A stretch of DNA of 55,128 nucleotides, filler included, from Perkinsus olseni (lineage: Eukaryota): the NCBI GenBank assembly GCA_013115125.1. It is 3 parts of 3 records of this genome, joined end to end, with 100 filler letters (N's around TTAATTAATTAA, not from the genome) between each part and the next. Parts side by side here need not be neighbours in the genome. Positions count along the whole stretch, not along the records: positions 36,889 to 55,128 come from JABANN010000619.1; 2 more parts are not named here. One strand, 5' to 3'. The first letter of the stretch is position 1. Every line of letters begins with the position of its first letter. This document shows, piece after piece, positions 48,517 to 55,128 of the stretch. The notes beneath the pieces were generated by a model. The model did no database searches. It worked only from the letters and a program-made list of their open reading frames with translations, and was not told where the DNA came from. Both the position numbers and the translations under genes were made by a program.

Positions 48517-48855
48517 TCAACTGGAAGCGGCGAGGGAGCATTCCGTATTGCCCTCACAAATGACTTTGATGTCACCCAGCTGGTCTGCTACCGCTAGCAG
48601 GAATTTGTGCAGCGTTCTTGTCGGTACCGTTGCTTCGCTAGTCTCGACTATCTGTATTTTGATGGCGTCTAGGGTCTCGACTTTGACACGCGCGAGAAAT
48701 TGAGGAACACCGCGGCACTCCTCGGGAAGCATATCGAGGGTGCAACCAGCATCCCGTAGCATTGCTGGGAGGTCGCGGACATCTATCATGGTCGAGTCAG
48801 TCATGCGTTCGATGCTGATGAGACTCCGGCCATCTGCAAGCTGCTCATTCATCAA
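48517..48855 (-). CDS. Hypothetical protein
   Basis: 112-aa ORF with protein-like composition directly downstream of phnA on the same strand. No family recognised. Confidence 0.4.
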   Translation of the reverse strand: MMNEQLADGRSLISIERMTDSTMIDVRDLPAMLRDAGCTLDMLPEECRGVPQFLARVKVETLDAIKIQIVETSEATVPTRTLHKFLLAVADQLGDIKVICEGNTECSLAASS

Positions 48856-48930
48856 GGAAGAGCCCAGAAAAACTAAATGCCCACGACGAGGCTACCCGAG
48901 AGTGTTAACGCAAAAAGTTCCCTACAAATA

Positions 48931-51330
48931 TCATGATTTACTCAAACTGCTCGCGTGTACCGAATCATCGAGTAAGATGCGGAAAAGGTCGAAGTTTCGA
49001 CCATTTCCAGACTCCAGATGGGCTCTAGCCTTCGGACTCACGGGCCTGTTGATGATAAACGGGACAAGCTCTTCGTAGCTAGAACCATGGGAACGCAATT
49101 TGGGTACCTGATGAAGGTTTGAGCTACAGACGTTCATGATGGACCGAACCGACAGACCTGGGAGAGATCGTGAAAATCAGGGGTTTTCCCAAAGACGCTT
49201 CTCCGACCTCCGTCAAGTACGAAGTCGCCGAGTCGATCGGCTGGAAGGTCGAATAAATCTGCTGCAACCTCACGTCGGTAAACCTGCTACGCATGGTGAT
49301 CGAAATGGGGAGCCGTCAAGCTTCCGAAATGCGCCGCAATGCGAAGCTACTGATGTGAGTGCAAGCATGTTCACCGTGAAAGGTGTGGTATCGGACTTCC
49401 CCAGATCTTCCAGCGCGCTTCGGCAACGCTCGAGGGACTCGGGAGGGACGTACACAACTGCATATCCCCCCAGCGCGCCGTGGTGACGAACCTTCATATA
49501 GAATAAGTGAGTCTCAACATGCACGGGCGCCTCTTGCGTCCCTACATAAGGATCGGTTATCGGCAGAATACACCTGCCGCCAGCAATTCCGTGTGCAGCC
49601 AGTGCAGATTCGATGTAAACCACATTAGGCTGAAGACCCGTTTCCTGCTCGGTCTGAAATAGGATGTCCGAGAGTGCCTTGCCTGGACCCGGACCAAATA
49701 TTGCGGACCATATAACGACATGGATAGGCCGGCAATGAGCCACCTGCTGTAGGGTCTATACCTTGTCACTCATGCCGTGATCAGCAGTAATGCCAACCAC
49801 AGCCCCACGGTCGTTTAGGGCCCCGAGACGTTTGTCGAGCTCTTTGTAGAACGTCACCGGCTCGTAGTCAAATGGTGCATGCTTATGCTGAACCTGAACC
49901 GAGCGCTCTGATTCAGGTCGGAACGACGGCACTCCCCTTCTCCTAGCCTTAAGAGGTACGACTTACGTAGTCTGTCGTCGAAAAGTATGCCAAGACACGC
50001 TTCTCTGGCTGTGTCCGGCTTATGAAATCTAGGAGACCAACGCCAAGGTCGAGCATGAAGAGGGACGATTCTGCCGAGTAAACACTCGGGACTTGCATCC
50101 ACTCGTTCGACAAGTCTCTGAATGATTGCATCTCCCCGTTGGAGAACCTGGCACCATTTTTCGAGGGACCATTTCAGTACACCAGGCCACCGAGGGCTTC
50201 AGAAAAGCAAAGAATTAGCGCCAATGGTAGTCGCAGGCATCGGGAGGATACTCGCTTCATCTAGTGTACTTTGCCAATGCCGAAGAAGATGTCTCATCAT
50301 CTGCTCGTTCTGCTGAGAGGCCAATCCAACGCCCCTGGGTATCGGACGGCAAGCCAGCGGTAAGCATACTCAAGAGCTGAGAACGGTCGTCGCTGACGGA
50401 CACCACCAACATCACACATGTACTTTGTGCTTGACCGTTAAGATCACAACGACGGTGTCCGGCGTATTGACAAACTCCGAGAATATGGTTGGGCAGCGTA
50501 GCAGTTCCGGGCGGGTCATCATCACCTGCTCTCGCACAGGTTGATGGTACTAGAAGTATATCGGCTTACTTCCTCGCCGGTGCTTGCGTCTAGGTAGTAG
50601 TTACCGGAGATGCCGTGATGGGCCGGCGAGACACCAGTAACGATCGACATGTTGTTAGGATTCGTCAGGGTCGGCATGGCACTCCGGACGATGCTAAGGT
50701 GCCCACTAGACCTGCCAGGGGAAGCCACGCCATGAACAGGTGAATATGCCATCAGGCGATGCGGAGGAAAGAGCAATACTTAGCCAGCATCTTCTGGTAT
50801 AAGTTGGGCATATGGAACTTGGCAGATTTGAGATATTCCGGACAGCAGCCATCAATGCAAATACCGACGACATGCTGACCATAGTCCGGCACACAGTAAC
50901 GGTGGCCATTCACCTGATCGCAGGCGTGAGTGCAGCCGGGGCTCACGAGCTCGCATGATGACCGATCGAGTGCACGAACGAATATCAGCTTAATTAGGGG
51001 AATGCTCCCATTTTACGAAGAAAGAGATATGCTATCGGATACAAGGCTCCGGCTACCTGGAAGTATTGAGTGGTGACAGCTCGAGTGACCGTTCGCTGAT
51101 GGGAGAGGATCGAGGACGTCTTTCGGCTGAATCCGATGAGCATCGATAAGGGTAAACTTGAGCTCAGAACTCGAAGGGTTACTCATGACCAGACCTGAGT
51201 CGTGACTGACCACATCATGGGCCGGAACCTCGCGGATTCCCATTTAGTGTGAATCTAGGGTCGCAAAGGATACTCACGAGGTGGCACAGCGCCTGCTAGA
51301 GTCCGTCTTTTTGAAGCTGACGCGAGACAT
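48931..51330 (-). CDS. phnA: Phosphonoacetate hydrolase (alkaline phosphatase superfamily), multi-exon; 5' exons uncertain
   Basis: VNGHRY..VVGICIDGC, MPTLTNPNNMSIVTGVSPAHHGISGNYY, VPSVYSA, STTDYVQHKHAP, ITADHGM, LPITDPYVRHHGALG, LPADRLGD and LRSHG..E..VPFIINR occur in the order found in bacterial PhnA. Confidence 0.93.
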
Positions 51331-51414
51331 TCATGAATAAGGGAGAGAAGGTAGAGCGAGTTTGAGACGAGCGAGAAAAATCACGTAGTCGGCGACCCCT
51401 GACTCCAGTGGGAA

Positions 51415-51443
51415 ACCACCGGCTCGGGTCGAACCCGAGCTCC
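51415..51443 (-). promoter_or_regulatory. Relaxed B-box element upstream of phnA
   Basis: Minus strand GGAGC TCGGG TTCGACC CGAGC, also a perfect 7-bp hairpin. Confidence 0.4.
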
Positions 51444-51694
51444 TAACATTAGGGTCCGTCGGCCATACTTCTGTCATGATAATGTTCTGAAGCACCCTCC
51501 CTGCGCGCCAAATGCGGCACGTAGCAGTGTCATCGCACGATAGACCTCCACGCAAAGGCTGACGCAGCAACCATGTGAGGTTGCGCCTCTGTGGATCGAC
51601 TAACACAACTACCTGCCCTCAACCGATGAGAAAAAATCCCTACACCGTGAGACAGCAGAAAAATCATCATAAGTCAGCGACACGCCGAGTATCC

Positions 51695-53208
51695 TCACGG
51701 GAAAGGCATCAAGGTTGCCTCGACTCCGATCTCCTCTCCTGAAGGATGACAATTGACTCAGTTATCCATCGAGTGGAGTGTTGTCTTGAAACATGTCTCC
51801 CTCATCCCTCACCGAGTCTCGACAACTCTTGTTGCAAGTCCTCTGTCGCCGAATCCTCCCCGACAGGAATGCCGATGGTCAGCGTCGTATCGAACACGTC
51901 ATATCTGTGAACGACGCGGATGGCACGTCAAAGCCTCGAACTGAGCTTAGAGTTAACCGGACGAGGGCGAGACGTAAATGCTACCCGATATGGGATCCAG
52001 ATAAGACCTCAGACTTCAAGTCGAGAATTTCGATGTCCTTTTGAGCTAGATATCTGAGGCCGGGGCGCTGGCTGTAGAGCTGGTGAATTGATCGGATAAG
52101 ACGCACTCGCAAAACCTGCCAAGGATGTTGCGTTCATCTGGGCCGCATACTCGTAGCTGTTTCTGCAGCCTTGGTGCTGATGGGGAGGCGGATGCAGTGG
52201 CAATAACAGAAGTTTCTGTGGTCCTACCTCCGGCGGCTTGGAGCCCAACCGAGCCACCCGCTGTGCGCTTGACTCCTACCAAGTAGCTGAGAACGCGATT
52301 CCAGTGACCTTTCTCGGGTCTTGAGTTGGAGGCAAGCCATCCGATAGGCAGACGACAGAAGCCGAGTCAATACGAGACAAGCAGAGCTCGCGACAGACAG
52401 ACCAAGTTGGGAAGGAATGCCGCTAGGAGAAGTCGTGAAGCTCACTCGGGAAACGCGTCGGTGAGCTTCTGTTTGAGCTCGTCAACTCGACCACTCTGAA
52501 GATTGACCTGAAGTACTGCCAAATATCTTTTCTAAGAAGACTGCAGCTCCATCATCCATAGTAAGCACAACAGCCTATACAGATGCATTTAGCAGCCAGT
52601 AGATCATCCGTACAATACCACTACAAAATATAAGCCGGTTTAGCTTAGTGGTAGAGCGTCAGTCTTGTAAACTGAAGATCGGCGGTTCGATCCCGCCATC
52701 TGGCTACTATCAACGCTTCTCTTGATTACTTTTGGTAAGATACTCACCTCGGCGATTACACTGAAGTCCTGCCCCAGAATGGCCATACGAGTCCTCCCTA
52801 GGCTGCCATCAACTGGATGTATGCAATCACTGCACAAATCGCGGACGAAGCCGACTCTATTGGTCCCTGAGAAAGAGAGAACATATGGAATCGCTTATAT
52901 AACGCGCGCAAACACCGAAAATCCACAACGGTTAGTATCCATTCATCAACCGTAACCCGTGACGCACCCGAGACACAGACGATGACAGACTCGTAGGGAG
53001 TGGCAGTTTCCGAAGACATGTGCCTCAATCCTGGCGCTCCGAGGAGGCCTCCAACAGCGCGACTTGAGAGGGCTGCGATAACGGNNNNNNNNNNNNNNNN
53101 NNNNNNNNNNNNNNNNNNNNNNNNNNNNNNNNNNNNNNNNNNNNNNNNNNNNNNNNNNNNNNNNNNNNNNNNNNNNNNNNNNTGGTTTGAGCGTGCGAAG
53201 GACAACAT
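51695..53208 (-). CDS. GcvR-like double ACT-domain protein with putative mitochondrial presequence
   Basis: MLSFARSN..(gap)..ALSSRAVGGLLGAPGLRHMSS presequence. ACT1 VIVCVSG|TNRVGFVRDL..GSLGRTRMAILGQDFSVIAE|V (compare GcvR G.DRPGIV..SR.A.LG.EF). ACT2 LRVCGPDERNILGRF..LAQKDIEILDLKSE..FDTTLTIGIP..EDLQQELSRLG|EEIGVE. Confidence 0.8.
52634..52705 (+). tRNA. tRNA-Thr(TGT) with G4-U69, intronic antisense
   Basis: GCCGGTT TA GCTT AGTGGTA GAGC G TCAGT CTTGTAA ACTGA AGATC GGCGG TTCGATC CCGCC ATCTGGC T, inside intron 52508-52747 of the ACT gene. Confidence 0.93.
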
Positions 53209-53503
53209 TGACAAGATGAGAAGTCCTGGCAAGCACACCTCCGTACGGAGAGATATGTGGGCATCATTTCAAAGAGTGATTCGACCGGTACAAACTACTG
53301 CCATGTGCGACGCAGGCTATTGGCACTTCTCTGGATGAAGCGGAATTGAGAGCGCTCACAACGACAATACAGTGAAACTGAATCTGCTGCGTGGCTGCAT
53401 CCAGCAAGATGTTTGAAACGCGACCCCGAAAATCATCAGCGGATACACCTTTAAAACCTTTGCCAATGCTATGCATGAAAGTAAGAGTCCCCTTATGGGA
53501 GCG

Positions 53504-55128
53504 TCAATTATCGGGGACGTTCTCATCTCCCGAGGTGTTAAATGGTCCAGCAGAGGGCCATCTCTTGCGTACCTGAGAAGGAAGCCCACGACCTCTGTGA
53601 ACGGTCGCGCCTGCACCACAATCCATGAGCATCATGTTGTCAGCTCACTCCCTGCTCCCATTCTCCTTCATATGTGATCCCCGCTGCAGTGGCGTAAACG
53701 CCGCGTCCATGCTGCCTCCCTTTAGACCATTGTCCGTTGTATGTACGCCCATCTGGCCACTTGAAAGTTCCGAAGCCTACAACAGCTGCAGTCGGTGGCA
53801 CATGAAGCCCTCGATGCTACCATCTCGGCAGTCATCGGCAAAGCCTCCTTCGTAGACTCTACCGTCTGGCCAGGTATACTTCCCATAGCCGTGCTTGCGA
53901 TTGCCTTTCCAGCTACCGCGGTATCTACTCCTAAAGCATCGATCACCGTTGCCGATTGATGATCAGTTGATACGGAGTCGTGTATTGAGCGATACAACTT
54001 ATCAGGAGCGGAGGGTGGTTGCGCATCGGCTGTTCACAGGTCATGCCATGGTCCTGCTCACATTCTTCCATCCGGCCATCGGAGCTCTCCCTGTCCCTCC
54101 ACGTCATTCATATGAAACTGGCCCCAGTAACAAGATTTATCCGGCCACGTGAAGCAGCCGATCCCGTGTTTGCGGTCGTCCACGTACCTGGAAGAGGTGC
54201 CGAGGCTTTGCTTCGGAACTAAAGACACAGTGTTTCAAAACATTACAGCTTTGAAAACCCAAATTTTAAAAATAAGCCTAAAGCCAAGCCTGCAAAAATA
54301 TTCAAGCATAAGCCTTCTTAGCTTAGTTGGTAGAGCACCCGCTTAGTAAGCGGGAGGTCGTCGGTTCAACTCCGGCAGAAGGCTTCTCCATAATAGCAAC
54401 TGACCTTACTGTCCCGCGTAGCGGCAACCGTCGGCCCATTTCTCTTCACCATCTCCATGCTTCAGGTCGTTCATCCAGCTTCCTCGGTATCTATCAGTGA
54501 CAGCTTGTTGCTACACCACCAAATCACGCACATCCTAAATTCTCAGCTACGAAATTGACAAGAAAAAAACCATCACAGTCTATGTTAACTTGAGGCGAAT
54601 CGCGATAACTGTGAAACAAACATGAGTGGAACGCCAGTAGAAAATGAGAAACCTTCCCATCCACCTGCTCCGTTTGCACTTGTACGTTCCACGTCCGTTA
54701 GCCATTCCACCTGCCCACTGCCCTTCGTAGGAAGCGCCGTTTCTGAAACCTAGGATAGATATAATTGCCTGGGCTCAGCGAATTCCAATGCCACAGCGAT
54801 CCTCAGGGAGGTTATCAGCCCCAGTAGGGTCTCACGGGTATTGCAGCCTTCCCCAGCCATGCGCGATACCGTTACATACCTGCCCTTCATACCAAGACCC
54901 ATTAGCATGCTTCATCCGGGTGACCTCGACCCTGCCAGCAACGATGCTTGGAACCAAAACCATGCATCGACCAAATAAATTGCCCGAGAGATTCCGAACA
55001 CTCACGCTACTGCGGTTCTAATGCTCCCCTCTCCTCCGGCCTTTTCCGATCGCCGAATAGCTCCTCGCCGCATTCGACTTCTCGAAGCCCCAGCGGAACC
55101 TTCCATCCAGAGTTCCCATCTGTTGGGG
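53504..55128 (-). CDS. MORN-repeat protein, multi-exon, 5' end outside window
   Basis: Repeats such as YEGQ, GEEKWADGCRYAGQYVDDRKHGIGCFTWPD, YRGSWKGNRKHGYGKYTWPDGRVYEG and YNGQWSKGRQHGRG. Stop at 53504. Confidence 0.9.
54312..54384 (+). tRNA. tRNA-Thr(AGT), intronic antisense
   Basis: GCCTTCT TA GCTT AGTTGGTA GAGC A CCCGC TTAGTAA GCGGG AGGTC GTCGG TTCAACT CCGGC AGAAGGC T. Complete cloverleaf inside intron 54188-54409 of the MORN gene. Confidence 0.96.

Noticed and set aside
52946-53084. SVIVCVSGASR as a Rossmann/malate dehydrogenase start
   Set aside because: After splicing it continues TNRVGFVRDL, an ACT-domain motif, and downstream exons fit GcvR-like ACT domains.
1-55128. Spliced-leader RNA gene or relic (ACCGTAGCCAT..GGCTCAAG type)
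   Set aside because: No match noticed on either strand by eye.

Overview
Eukaryotic, gene-dense DNA with many short (mostly 45-70 nt) GT-AG introns. Gene content and style suggest an alveolate parasite of the Perkinsus type (inference). The window joins at least three contigs: artificial N-TTAATTAATTAA-N linkers lie at about 18.5 kb and 36.8 kb. Recognisable genes: an ENTH-domain protein, three tandem and two dispersed secreted-protein paralogues, an SLC35D-type nucleotide-sugar transporter, an ATD/DTD2-type aminoacyl-tRNA deacylase with an inserted CysRS-like C-terminal module, a TPM-TM-RING-H2 protein, an anoctamin-like membrane protein, an ABCA transporter, phosphonoacetate hydrolase (phnA), a GcvR-like double-ACT protein and a MORN-repeat protein. 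There are four tRNA genes: Val-AAC, a damaged Pro-TGG, and Thr-TGT and Thr-AGT, both inside introns on the antisense strand. A nested transposon island (retroviral-type integrase, hAT with 8-bp TSD, tyrosine recombinase) is bracketed by direct repeats of the tRNA-Pro/Val pair. Two observations stand out. (1) A family of orphan tRNA-3'-half / extended B-box elements sits mostly in introns, with runs spaced about 2 kb apart. (2) An ATD-like deacylase, a family described as animal-specific, co-occurs with a tRNA-Thr carrying G4-U69, the known ATD substrate feature. All exon models were assembled by eye and are approximate.
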